A DNA stretch of 64,000 nt, from positions 185,106-249,105 of the forward strand of contig CBDCFT010000015.1 of NCBI GenBank assembly GCA_965216365.1, given 5' to 3'. The notes under the pieces were generated by a model. The model saw nothing but the letters and a program-made list of their open reading frames with translations, was not told the DNA's origin and searched no databases. The stretch is from Arenicellales bacterium (GTDB lineage: Bacteria; Pseudomonadota; Gammaproteobacteria; Arenicellales; CBDCFT01). Of the stretch, positions 50,152 to 60,002 are shown piece by piece (within the stretch, counting starts at the first letter, position 1; every line of letters starts with the position of its first letter). The position numbers and the translations under genes were made by a program.

Positions 50152-51765
50152 CTAACATGAATCAAAGTCCTCCCCGACAAGACACTTCGGATCGTTCCGC
50201 CCCTCTTCCTCGCAAATCTTTTCCAAATACTGATCGATACCACACAGACCATTATCGATCTCAGCATTCAATAGAAAACTCTTTAACATCTCTTCCATGT
50301 GATGAAAGACCTCATCGCTGAACAACTCATGTGCGTCGAGCATCTCGCCCTCGGGCGGCTGATGTTCGATGAACCGAATCTGGGAATTGGGCATCAGACC
50401 TAGCACCAGTTTCATATTGGGAAGCGGTTCGAATGGAGCCGTTTGCGTAATCGGGATGGGAAAATGCCAACCATGGTTACTGCCCTCACAACCGCCAATT
50501 GGTCCTGAGAATTCAATACCCGCTTGTAAAAAGTTTTGGTTGCCAAAGTCAGGATTGAGATGAATGTCTGCCACATCAGGTACGTGATTGAACGGGGGTG
50601 TATCGATGATTTGCTCGCCCACCTGCCAGCTAATGCTGCCGAGGTTTTTGATGTTCATCCCGCAAAAAGTGTCGGGAAATACAAGATCCTGGCCGTCGTT
50701 CTTCCTTGGCAGGAAGTCCGGTAATGCGCCGGTTGGTTTCGTAGGGATGGTCATAAGTGGTACCTCGTGACCATTCTCGGTTTCGATCATGATCCCGAAA
50801 TCGATGACGACATGAGGATTGCTACTGAGCTGAATCCAAGGTGGTAAGTCGGGAAGCCCGGCATCGGTGGCCCCGGGAGCGGAAGGACCTTGAGGATCGT
50901 CGTCACCATCGTCAGGTGCCGCGGCCACCACAAACATTTCCATATCGCGTGTACGAAACCCATTCTGCGCTTGTGCCGATCCAAAGGTCAAAAAGTTATT
51001 GAGGTTGCGCGGCCTCGACAGTCTGCTCTCACCATCGCCTGATGAGAACACACCGACAAAACGCTGATTTCCGGGTCGCCCAATGCGTTCCACGTCGACT
51101 AACTCCAGTCCATCGGCTACCATTTGGTCTCTGAGTTCGCGAAAGGCAACCGGTCTCCGCGGAGTCGTGAATAGATTACTGCCGGTACCGTCACGCCATA
51201 GCCCGGTATAAACCAACTGACCATTGATGCGTTCCACCTCCACATCGATCAAGCGCAATCCTTGTTGGGTTAGCGAGGTGCCGCGCGAGAGAAACGCATC
51301 CTCCTCTAGTGGGCGAGTAACTAGATCGCGTCCCGTGCCGGATCGCCAAAGCCCGACATATCGCCGACCACCATTAGCTCTGCGAAAGATTTCAATATCG
51401 ATTAGCCGTAATCCTTGTGCTGTGCGTGCTTCGCGCTCCTCGCGCAGTTCGATGGGACTCATTGGGCCTACGATAATGTTGCCACCGCTTCCAGCTACCC
51501 AAACTCCCGAATAGACACGACGATTATCGACAATAGCCGTTTCTACATCGATCAGACGTAGACCCTGGTCAACCAACTCAGTACCGCGATCAAGAAAATC
51601 GCTGAACGGTTCGGGCGCCGTGAAGATGTTAGTGCCAGATCCTGAATGCCAAACGGCCTGGAAGCGTAACTCGTCTGAGGACACAATCGTAGCGAATGAA
51701 AATGTAACTATGCATACGATTGCGGTGCTGGAAATCCGTAATATGCGAAATAGTTTGGTACTCAT
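50152..51765 (-). CDS. Secreted protein with five ~50-aa tandem repeats plus a ~280-aa C-terminal domain, function unknown
   Basis: A signal peptide, then repeats with the core LRLIDVE-x5-G-x2-RY-x-G-[VL]-W-R-x-G-[TS]-G. No recognised catalytic motif. Confidence 0.55.
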   Translation of the reverse strand: MSTKLFRILRISSTAIVCIVTFSFATIVSSDELRFQAVWHSGSGTNIFTAPEPFSDFLDRGTELVDQGLRLIDVETAIVDNRRVYSGVWVAGSGGNIIVGPMSPIELREEREARTAQGLRLIDIEIFRRANGGRRYVGLWRSGTGRDLVTRPLEEDAFLSRGTSLTQQGLRLIDVEVERINGQLVYTGLWRDGTGSNLFTTPRRPVAFRELRDQMVADGLELVDVERIGRPGNQRFVGVFSSGDGESRLSRPRNLNNFLTFGSAQAQNGFRTRDMEMFVVAAAPDDGDDDPQGPSAPGATDAGLPDLPPWIQLSSNPHVVIDFGIMIETENGHEVPLMTIPTKPTGALPDFLPRKNDGQDLVFPDTFCGMNIKNLGSISWQVGEQIIDTPPFNHVPDVADIHLNPDFGNQNFLQAGIEFSGPIGGCEGSNHGWHFPIPITQTAPFEPLPNMKLVLGLMPNSQIRFIEHQPPEGEMLDAHELFSDEVFHHMEEMLKSFLLNAEIDNGLCGIDQYLEKICEEEGRNDPKCLVGEDFDSC

Positions 51766-51945
51766 CTTATACCTCCTTGTCGTCGCAAGTCGCGACTAGA
51801 CGTCCTTATCTACCGATATTAAACAGTGTTCTCGATGGTATTTCGTCACTCAAATGGGTGAGATTTGAGTACAAATCTCGACAGTGAATGGATTACAAAA
51901 TGTAAAGTGTAGTCTGCTGCTTTGAATTTACCCAATGAAGCGTGA

Positions 51946-52866
51946 TCAGTTGGTAATACCCGACACGGCCGTGCTAAGTGCGCGTCGGGGCTTTATAACC
52001 GCAACATCAAAACGATGGCCTTGTCCAACACCATAACCCGTCAGATAGCGCACGTAGCGTCCTGAATCCGACATTTCATCACCCAAGTCAGCTACTTGCG
52101 GACCACCGATATTGGCCCAGGTTTTATTGGGTTTAGACACTTTGCGCCAGATGGCGGAAAAACGCGGTAACTGTCCCTGATCATGGGTGTAAGCATCCAT
52201 GAATACCAGTCGCCATCCATCGGATTTGCGCTGTGCATCCTGTTGGTCTAGCTGATCCCGCGTGAGAAATGATTTCAATGCGGTACCACCTGGTCGTTTC
52301 TCATAAAAAGCGGCATAGCGTCTTTGACCATTGATAGACACCACGGAGACATTAACAGGGTCCCATCCCTTTGCCGTCAAATCATCGAACTTCGCCTGGT
52401 GCTGCGCTGCATTCAGCCCATGATAAGCCGTCTGCGGTTTGCACCTCGCCTTCTTGAATACCGCGGCATACCGGGGTGAATTACCTTGCCGGTACACATC
52501 CAGCGATCGCAAGCATCTGCCCGCTTGAAACTGATTGTCGAAATACTTCTGATACGAACTTCCGGTCAGGCCGAACTTGGCTGTCCATGAACTGCTGGTG
52601 CGGGTTCGAAATACAAAGTTGAAATAGACTTTACCCCCTACGTCGTAGCCATCCAGTCGTGTCATTTCGTAACCATCGGCGGTGTGTAGATCAAACGCCT
52701 TTTGCATATCTGACGCCGGGATACCGAGACCGACAGCCTCGTAGGATTTGCCTTTTTGCGTCTCCCAGTACGTACCGAAGAAATTAAACGCGTGCGCGGC
52801 AGGTACTAAATACAGTCCAATGAGTAGTGTAATTGCCGTTGATTTCGCTCGTACTGATACAGTCAT
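51946..52866 (-). CDS. Secreted protein with five related ~50-aa repeats (paralogous repeat architecture to 50152–51765)
   Basis: A signal peptide, then repeats with the core [RW]-x-[LV]-x-[MV]-D-x-Y-x6-RY/F-[AS]-A-[VIF]-[WFY]-[RK]-K. Confidence 0.55.
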   Translation of the reverse strand: MTVSVRAKSTAITLLIGLYLVPAAHAFNFFGTYWETQKGKSYEAVGLGIPASDMQKAFDLHTADGYEMTRLDGYDVGGKVYFNFVFRTRTSSSWTAKFGLTGSSYQKYFDNQFQAGRCLRSLDVYRQGNSPRYAAVFKKARCKPQTAYHGLNAAQHQAKFDDLTAKGWDPVNVSVVSINGQRRYAAFYEKRPGGTALKSFLTRDQLDQQDAQRKSDGWRLVFMDAYTHDQGQLPRFSAIWRKVSKPNKTWANIGGPQVADLGDEMSDSGRYVRYLTGYGVGQGHRFDVAVIKPRRALSTAVSGITN

Positions 52867-53301
52867 GGTCCCTCTCCGTAGAAAAATCCTTTTCCAGAGT
52901 AAACCGTACCAAACTCATTCGATTTTTTCTGTGATGCAATTCACATTCCATGACAATCACCTATATCCGATTGCGTTGCTTTGATATTCAATGTAAATGC
53001 GTATCATCGGCCATGAAGAGACTAAATCAGAACTCGGAAATACGGTCCGCTCTAACACCAAGAACCGACCTTTGTATTGTAATCGTTTAGATGCGCCCAC
53101 GCTGAAAGTTACCTGTTATTCGAAGACTCCTTGTCAATGAGAGGTGAATGGCCACTTAATAGAAGTGACAACTATGCAATGCTAGCATCCGGTGATTCGT
53201 GTGCGTCGTCACTACAGCCAACATTATTCACAGTGCCATCGGTAGCGAGTGAAGGATTCGACCCAGGAATGTGTTTCAGATATTAGATCTCATCATGGAA
53301 C

Positions 53302-54045
53302 TTACGCTAATTGTCTTGCACAATTCCTAGCGATACCTGAAAAATGACGACTGAACTGATCGATACCACGCACCGATGATTTACTAATACGGTAAATTGT
53401 CGTTGGGTTTGAAAAACCCTTGAGTACCTTTACCCCGTACATCTCCATTGCGATATCAGTGTTCTCCGCAAGCATATCGCTGATATGTTGATCAACGAGT
53501 ACTTCACCGGATTCAGCCAACTGTTCCAGCCGCTGCGCCTTAATAATTGATTCTCCTGTAACGGTATCGTTCCCAACGATAATCTGACCCGCACTAATCC
53601 CGACACGAAGCTGGGGTTCAATTGGTCCCACTCGAGTCGCATTCAACAATGAGTTTGTATGTTGCAGGGTCAATGCAGCACACACTGCGTCGTAGGCAGT
53701 AGAAAATGCAATCACGGCGGCATCGCCCCGTAATTCGAGTGTGTTGCCGTTATGCAGTGCCGTTATATTTTTTATTCGGTAGTACAAATATTGTATTCGC
53801 TCGTGTGCGAGCACCATATCCTTTCTAACAAGATCGGTAGAGCCTGCAATATCAATGTGCAAGATAATTGCCGACATCGTTGTTGCAAGCGATTTGTCCA
53901 ATGGATTTTTATTGGACGGGTTCATCCGCTTTATGAACCGTATTGTATTGGAAAGAATGCTCATTTTTTCTTCCGTCAAAGTATTGTCTTCTGTATTAAC
54001 AGTGTCACTAAAAGACAAGACGAAAGAGTCATGAAATGGTTCCAA
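53302..54045 (-). CDS. Class III nucleotidyl cyclase catalytic-domain protein
   Basis: ILHIDIAGSTDL...LELRGDAAVIAFS...RVGISAGQIIVG cyclase homology-domain motifs. Confidence 0.65.
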   Translation of the reverse strand: MEPFHDSFVLSFSDTVNTEDNTLTEEKMSILSNTIRFIKRMNPSNKNPLDKSLATTMSAIILHIDIAGSTDLVRKDMVLAHERIQYLYYRIKNITALHNGNTLELRGDAAVIAFSTAYDAVCAALTLQHTNSLLNATRVGPIEPQLRVGISAGQIIVGNDTVTGESIIKAQRLEQLAESGEVLVDQHISDMLAENTDIAMEMYGVKVLKGFSNPTTIYRISKSSVRGIDQFSRHFSGIARNCARQLA

Positions 54046-54208
54046 CGAATATCTAAAACTTCAGATTTGACTATTCAAATAAGATTTTTTTGAAAATTTG
54101 GAACTAATTTAAATTCACGTGCGTCATTGGCGGTGCGGTTGTTGTGATAGCCAATCAATACGCGCTAATTAAATTTTAACTATTGTTGATTATCCAAGGA
54201 GATAAAAG

Positions 54209-54565
54209 ATGACTGATAAATATCTTGTTAATTGTGCCTACGGTCCCGAGGAACCCGAAAAAGCGACTATTGCATTCATCGTCGCTTTTACCAGTTCAAA
54301 GACGAATGAAACTGTCCTGTTTGCTACTTCCGGGGCAAGCGATCTTTTGTTGAATGACGACCATCCTATCGTTCAAGCCGATGGCTATGACCCAGTAGAC
54401 AATCTGATTGATGGGTTTATCGAAAACGGCGGGAAAATCTGGTTGTGTCCGGCGTGCGCGAAAGCGAAAGGTATCACCCAAGATGATTTGATTGACGGTG
54501 TTGAGATCGCTGGCGCACCAAAAACAATGGCGTTTCTCGCCGATGGTGCAAAAACACTAATTTAA
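54209..54565 (+). CDS. DsrE/DsrF-like (YchN-like) family protein
   Basis: 118 aa with ...ATIAFIVAFTS...LFATSGASDLL...KIWLCPACAKAKGI...; an ATG with an AGGAGA SD. Confidence 0.7.
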   Translation: MTDKYLVNCAYGPEEPEKATIAFIVAFTSSKTNETVLFATSGASDLLLNDDHPIVQADGYDPVDNLIDGFIENGGKIWLCPACAKAKGITQDDLIDGVEIAGAPKTMAFLADGAKTLI

Positions 54566-54590
54566 CCCATTATGAATAAGGAGTGAGATC

Positions 54591-55466
54591 ATGTCGCAAG
54601 CACAAGCAATTCAGTACGAGCAGAGTGAGTTCGTTCGATTTTGGAACGAAGTACTGAGCGAAAAATTCAATCGCTATCAAAACATACTTATGAATGGTCT
54701 TTCGTATCATGGCAAGGATGCAATCGATAGCTTGAATTATTCTAATATCAACAGGATCTTGGATGTGGGTTGTGGCTGGGGAGACACAGCTATTGAAATG
54801 GCCGTAAACACTGGATCTGACGGTAGTGTTTTAGGAATTGATTGTGTCGATGCGTTTCTGGCATTCGGTCGCAAACAAGCGCAAACGAGAAATATCGATA
54901 ACGTCGAATTTGTCGCCGCTGACGTTCAGACTTATCCCTTCCAACCCGAGTTCGACTTATGTTTTTCTCGGTTTGGAATGATGTTCTTCGAGAACCCAGT
55001 CTTCGCACTACGTAATGTTCGCAAAGCCTTAAAACCAGGTGGTCAGCTGGTATTCATTACTTGGCGGACAATAGAAGATAACCCTTGGTTTGGGCTACCC
55101 AAAAAAATCGTTCTGAATCATTTGCCTCCGCCAGCGGAAGGCGGGCAAACGTGCGGTCCCGGCCCATTTTCGATGTCAAACCAAGAAGTTGTGACGGCAC
55201 AACTAGCCGCGGCAGGATTTGAAGATATTTCAATCGAAAGAACGGATGGAACTGTCATGGTAGGGCGCGATGTTGAACAGGCCATTGCTTTTCAACTCGC
55301 TTTGGGTCCAGCGGGTGAGATTTTCCGTGAATCCGGCGAACTCGGGATAGAACGAGAGACAGAAATCAAACAAGAAATGTCGCTGGAGCTCACCCCTTAT
55401 TTGACGAATTCCGGGGTAATAATGGATTCCAGTTCCTGGACCATTTCCGCCTACAATCCGACATAA
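54591..55466 (+). CDS. Class I SAM-dependent methyltransferase
   Basis: ILDVGCGWGDT motif I and a ...LKPGGQLVF post-I motif; 26 nt downstream of the DsrE-like gene. Confidence 0.8.
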   Translation: MSQAQAIQYEQSEFVRFWNEVLSEKFNRYQNILMNGLSYHGKDAIDSLNYSNINRILDVGCGWGDTAIEMAVNTGSDGSVLGIDCVDAFLAFGRKQAQTRNIDNVEFVAADVQTYPFQPEFDLCFSRFGMMFFENPVFALRNVRKALKPGGQLVFITWRTIEDNPWFGLPKKIVLNHLPPPAEGGQTCGPGPFSMSNQEVVTAQLAAAGFEDISIERTDGTVMVGRDVEQAIAFQLALGPAGEIFRESGELGIERETEIKQEMSLELTPYLTNSGVIMDSSSWTISAYNPT

Positions 55467-55631
55467 TGGTTAACAGTCCTGAACAATACGCCCGTAGCAC
55501 CTGAGGGCGTATTGTTTGGAATTAATACGTAATATCAATGAAATACATCTCCCATTTTATAATTGGAACCATTTTGGCAACTGAAGCGTCATTGAGACTA
55601 AGGACAATGTTGGAGAGATGCCAAAAATCTG

Positions 55632-56327
55632 ATGGCGACAGCAGAAACAACAATATTGGGCAGTAAGATTAAGAGTGATTTACCGATTGGGCGATCAACA
55701 AATTTTTGGTTATTTAATCCTATGGCTAAGATGACTTCCGAAGCCGATCAGAGAACGCTTTTTGAATCCGCAGTGGCACGATTAATGGACCGTCTCTACG
55801 GCGTTGCTCTGCGCTTCACGAAGAACCCAGCAAATGCCGAAGATTTGCTCGCTGACACCCTTATTAAGGCTTGGAAAAACATTGACAGTTTGGATAACTT
55901 CGACAGTTTCGATGGCTGGATCATGCGCATTCTGTCAAATACTTATATTAGCCAGTGGCGACGAGAAAAAACTGCAGAAGGAATATTTGAAGCTGATGTT
56001 GACGTCGATGATCTTGATGATTCACAGTCATTGTACGCCCGGTTGCACCAACCGTTTTTATTGTGGTGGGGAACGCCGGAACAGACTTTTGTCAACAATC
56101 TGTTGGTTAAGGATATTGAAAAAGCGGTGGATGAATTACCCGACGCCTATCGCGTAGTCGTAATCATGGTAGAGGTACTCGGGTTTACTTATGAAGAAGT
56201 TTCCTCGTCAATCGAAGTGCCGGTAGGCACCGTGAGGTCAAGACTCAATCGTGGACGTCGAAAACTTCAAGATGCACTCTGGCAAAATGCTAAAGATGCG
56301 GGTTTGGTTGCGAATCAGGATGCTTGA
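55632..56327 (+). CDS. ECF-type RNA polymerase sigma-70 family factor
   Basis: Region 2 (...DLLADTLIKAWKNIDSLDN...ISQWRRE) and region 4 (...VVIMVEVLGFTYEEVSSSIEVPVGTVRSRLNRGRRKL). The true start is probably an internal Met near 55722. Confidence 0.8.
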   Translation: MATAETTILGSKIKSDLPIGRSTNFWLFNPMAKMTSEADQRTLFESAVARLMDRLYGVALRFTKNPANAEDLLADTLIKAWKNIDSLDNFDSFDGWIMRILSNTYISQWRREKTAEGIFEADVDVDDLDDSQSLYARLHQPFLLWWGTPEQTFVNNLLVKDIEKAVDELPDAYRVVVIMVEVLGFTYEEVSSSIEVPVGTVRSRLNRGRRKLQDALWQNAKDAGLVANQDA

Positions 56328-56339
56328 GAGAGAATAGCT

Positions 56340-56573
56340 ATGGTAAAGAAAATATCTTGTGAAGAAGTCATGTCCAAACTGTATGCCTATTTAGACCGTG
56401 AGATCGACGGTCCCACCGAAGAAGAGATTGATCATCATCTAGGGCATTGCCGTGAATGCTTCAGTCGAGCCGAGTTTGAAAAATTGCTTCGAAGTAAAGT
56501 TTCCACTGTCGGATCAAAGCAAACACCGGAAGATGTTCAGCAGCGCCTTACATCTTTGATCAAACGTTTTTGA
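56340..56573 (+). CDS. Zinc-binding anti-sigma factor (ZAS, zf-HC2 family)
   Basis: 77 aa with an HHLGHCRECF (H-x3-C-x2-C) motif, immediately downstream of the ECF sigma gene. Confidence 0.7.
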   Translation: MVKKISCEEVMSKLYAYLDREIDGPTEEEIDHHLGHCRECFSRAEFEKLLRSKVSTVGSKQTPEDVQQRLTSLIKRF

Positions 56574-56602
56574 TCTGTTTATTGTACATATAGGATCAAG
56601 AC

Positions 56603-57874
56603 ATGGTTGCCGTACTCGGTTTTTCTAAAGAACAGATTCGTGCCGCCGTTAAAGACATGTACACCATGGTGGCTAAAAACCCCAAGGCACCACTCCACTT
56701 CCCCGTAGGAAAAGAGGCCTGCAAATTAGCCGGATACAGCGAAGAGCAAACTGCACAACTTCCGAAAGAAACACTTGAATCGTTTGCCGGCGTAGGTTGT
56801 CCGTTTCGGGCCAACGTTATTAAACCTGGTCAAACGATTCTCGATGTGGGCTCCGGTTCCGGTACCGACGTATTGATTAGTTCGAAGTTAGTTGGGGAAT
56901 GCGGGAAAGTTTGGGCACTGGATTTGACACCCGCTATGCGTGAAAAACTTAAAACCACGATTTCTACGAACGGCATCGAAAACATCGGGATTTTGGCTGG
57001 CGACGCAGAAGACATACCGTTACCCGATGAAAGCGTCGATGTAGTGACGAGCAACGGTGTATTGAATCTGGTAGCCGATAAGCGAAAAGCAATCTCGGAA
57101 ATATTTCGGGTATTGAAACCCGGTGGGCAAGTTCAAATTGCAGACATTGTTATCGCGAACCCAGTAACTCCGGACTGTGAAGATGATCCTAAATTGTGGG
57201 CGGAATGTGTTGTTGGTGCGACAGTTGACGAAAGTTACTTGAACATGTTCCGTGACGCAGGGTTCGAAGACCTTGAGATCTTAAGGGATTATGACTACTT
57301 TGCTTATAGCCCAAGCAAAGACACACAGGAGGTGGCTAAGCAATTTGGCGCCCATGGCATCGAATTAAGTATGCGCCGGGGCGAACAGGCACCTCATACT
57401 CTTGTGCAATGGGCGAAACGTCTTGATCCAAGGCGTACGATAAGGAACATACAACGAAGAGGCCTATGGGGTACAGTGACATTTATCGTTGCACTGATTA
57501 CTTGTTACGGTACGCTGGGCGCAATAGCATTAATGTCCGCGCTAGGTGTATCCATGGCACTTAATAATGATGTTTGGGCGGGCACAATCATTTTGTTCGC
57601 CACGGTTACGACCATCATTATCGCAATGGGTATAAAAAAACATCGTTCACTTATCCCAATGCTCATAGCAGTTGTTGGAACCTGTGTACTGATTTACACG
57701 ATGTATATTCAATACAATTTTGCCATTGAGATTGTTGGGTTTTTTCTCCTGGCCATAGCAACGTACACCGACTTCGATCATCGGCGATGGTCCAATGTGC
57801 CTGGAGGAAAGCGTAATTTCTTAAAAAACGATCGCCCCAAAGAATTTCCTTACAAGACGAGTACTGAAAGTTAA
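56603..57874 (+). CDS. ArsM-like SAM methyltransferase fused to a C-terminal 4-TM membrane domain
   Basis: N-terminal ...DMYTMVAKNP...SFAGVGCPF...ILDVGSGSGTD...LKPGGQVQIADIV resembles arsenite/thiol methyltransferases. Residues ~290–400 form four hydrophobic helices. Confidence 0.7.
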   Translation: MVAVLGFSKEQIRAAVKDMYTMVAKNPKAPLHFPVGKEACKLAGYSEEQTAQLPKETLESFAGVGCPFRANVIKPGQTILDVGSGSGTDVLISSKLVGECGKVWALDLTPAMREKLKTTISTNGIENIGILAGDAEDIPLPDESVDVVTSNGVLNLVADKRKAISEIFRVLKPGGQVQIADIVIANPVTPDCEDDPKLWAECVVGATVDESYLNMFRDAGFEDLEILRDYDYFAYSPSKDTQEVAKQFGAHGIELSMRRGEQAPHTLVQWAKRLDPRRTIRNIQRRGLWGTVTFIVALITCYGTLGAIALMSALGVSMALNNDVWAGTIILFATVTTIIIAMGIKKHRSLIPMLIAVVGTCVLIYTMYIQYNFAIEIVGFFLLAIATYTDFDHRRWSNVPGGKRNFLKNDRPKEFPYKTSTES

Positions 57875-58073
57875 GAAAACTTCAAATAAGCAAATATTTT
57901 CGTTGACGCACTGGCAGTTTATTCCGCTTAGTGCTCGTTTAGGGACATTTTTAAGACGCAGAAAAAACATCCGCTTTGGGTCGATTTCGGAACTTGACGT
58001 TTCGACTTGATTTAATCTGATCTATAGACCAAGTATCGATTTTTTCGGGCAAGGCCTTGCTAATGGATTCTTC

Positions 58074-59279
58074 TTACACCACTTCGAGCGCAATGGCGAT
58101 ACCCTGGCCGACGCCGATACACATTGTCGCCAGTGCCAGTTTGACCTGACGTTGTTTAAGCTCAAGTGCTGCGCTTCCGGTAATGCGGGCGCCGGACATG
58201 CCTAACGGATGACCCAAAGCAATAGCGCCGCCATTTGGGTTAATGTGTTCAGCGTTGTCGGCGAAGCCCAGATCGCGCATGACCGCCAGAGACTGACTGG
58301 CAAAAGCCTCGTTTAGTTCGATCACATCGAAATCAGATGGCGTGATTTTTAGTCGCTCGCACAGCTTGCGGGTTGCGGGGGCAGGGCCGAAACCCATGAT
58401 TCGCGGTGCTAACCCAGCGACGGCGCCGCCTAACACCCTTGCTATCGGTGTTAGTGCAAATCTTTCGCAGGCGGATTCCGATGCCAGTATCAAAGCCGCT
58501 GCGCCGTCGTTAACGCCACTGGCATTGCCCGCGGTAACCGTTCCATTCTCGCGAAACGGTGTGGACAGCGCCGCCAGTTTTTCCAGCGTCGTATCAAAAC
58601 GCGGATGTTCATCCATATCGACTAGCACGTCCTCGCCTTTGTTCTGAGGTATAGAAATCGGCGTGATCTCGCTAGCAAAGCGTCCATTCCTTTGTGCACG
58701 ATGTGCACGTTGTTGCGATTCAAATGCAAACGCGTCCTGATCTTCACGCGAAATATTAAATTCTTCGGCTACGTTCTCCGCCGTTTCCGGCATGGAATCG
58801 ACACCGTATTGTTTTTTCATCAGTGGATTGATAAATCGCCAGCCTATCGTCGAGTCATGAATTTCATTATTGCGGGAAAATGCAGTTTGCGCTTTGGGCA
58901 TCACAAACGGCGCGCGTGACATGCTTTCAACACCACCGGCAATGATCAAATCCGCTTCGCCGGTTTTGATAGCCCTGGCGCCGGTCAACACGGCGTCCAT
59001 ACCTGAACCGCACAATCGATTAACGGTTGCACCGGGCACCGTTTCGGGCAAGCCGGCCAGCAACGCAGCCATGCGTGCGACATTACGGTTGTCTTCGCCC
59101 GCCTGGTTCGCGCAACCGTAAATGACATCGTCTACGGCGGCCCAATCGAGAGCTGGATACCGCTGCATCAACGCTTTTATGGGTACGGCGGCAAGATCGT
59201 CCGTGCGCACGGACGACAAACTACCGCCGAAACGACCGATTGGTGTACGCACAAAATCGCATATGAACGCTTCAGTCAT
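58074..59279 (-). CDS. Acetyl-CoA C-acyltransferase / 3-oxoadipyl-CoA thiolase family (PcaF/PaaJ-like)
   Basis: 401 aa with ...NRLCGSGMDAV... (active-site Cys) and C-terminal ...NPNGGAIALGHPLGMSGAR...; a typical thiolase II. Confidence 0.9.
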   Translation of the reverse strand: MTEAFICDFVRTPIGRFGGSLSSVRTDDLAAVPIKALMQRYPALDWAAVDDVIYGCANQAGEDNRNVARMAALLAGLPETVPGATVNRLCGSGMDAVLTGARAIKTGEADLIIAGGVESMSRAPFVMPKAQTAFSRNNEIHDSTIGWRFINPLMKKQYGVDSMPETAENVAEEFNISREDQDAFAFESQQRAHRAQRNGRFASEITPISIPQNKGEDVLVDMDEHPRFDTTLEKLAALSTPFRENGTVTAGNASGVNDGAAALILASESACERFALTPIARVLGGAVAGLAPRIMGFGPAPATRKLCERLKITPSDFDVIELNEAFASQSLAVMRDLGFADNAEHINPNGGAIALGHPLGMSGARITGSAALELKQRQVKLALATMCIGVGQGIAIALEVV

Positions 59280-59291
59280 ATTGTTACTGTA

Positions 59292-60002
59292 TCAAACCCC
59301 CAGCCAGGTGTGTTTTATCTCCGGTTGTTGTTCCAGTTCACTCGTTGTGCCGTGCCAACGTATACGGCCTTTGCCTAACACGTAGACTTCATCCGCCAGC
59401 GCGGTAGCGAATCGATAGTTTTGCTCCACCAGGAGTACGGATGTGCCGGCTTGCTTTAACGCCGCCAGCGTGGAGCCGATTTCCGTGACGATGGTTGGAG
59501 CAAGGCCTTCAGTAGGTTCATCCAGCACCAACAAGCGGGGCTCGGTCAACAACGCGCGTGCAATGGACAACATCTGTTGCTCGCCGCCACTGAGTTGCGT
59601 ACCCCCATGACTTTTGCGTTCGGCCAAACGCGGAAACATGGTAAAAACTTTTTCCAACGTCCAGTTTCTCTTGGCGCCGTTGTGAGGTTTGGCCAAAGTC
59701 AAATGTTCCAATACAGACAGCGATGGAAAAATACCACGTGTCTCCGGTACAAAACCAATCCCAAGCCGGGCGATTTCATAGGCGGGCAGCTTAGTGGTGT
59801 CGTGTTCGGCGAATATGATTTTCCCGCTGCGCGGTTTGATCAAACCCATGATGGAATGCAGCGTCGTCGTTTTTCCAGCGCCGTTACGACCAAGAATCGC
59901 AACGGCTCGACCCTGCGCGATATGCATGGAAACACCTTGCAGGATATGGCTGTGACCATAATAAGTGTTGATGTCCTGCACCGAAAGCAGCGCGTCACTC
60001 AT
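59292..60002 (-). CDS. ABC ATP-binding protein (LivF-like)
   Basis: GRNGAGKTT, LSGGEQQ and LVLDEPT motifs. Confidence 0.85.
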   Translation of the reverse strand: MSDALLSVQDINTYYGHSHILQGVSMHIAQGRAVAILGRNGAGKTTTLHSIMGLIKPRSGKIIFAEHDTTKLPAYEIARLGIGFVPETRGIFPSLSVLEHLTLAKPHNGAKRNWTLEKVFTMFPRLAERKSHGGTQLSGGEQQMLSIARALLTEPRLLVLDEPTEGLAPTIVTEIGSTLAALKQAGTSVLLVEQNYRFATALADEVYVLGKGRIRWHGTTSELEQQPEIKHTWLGV

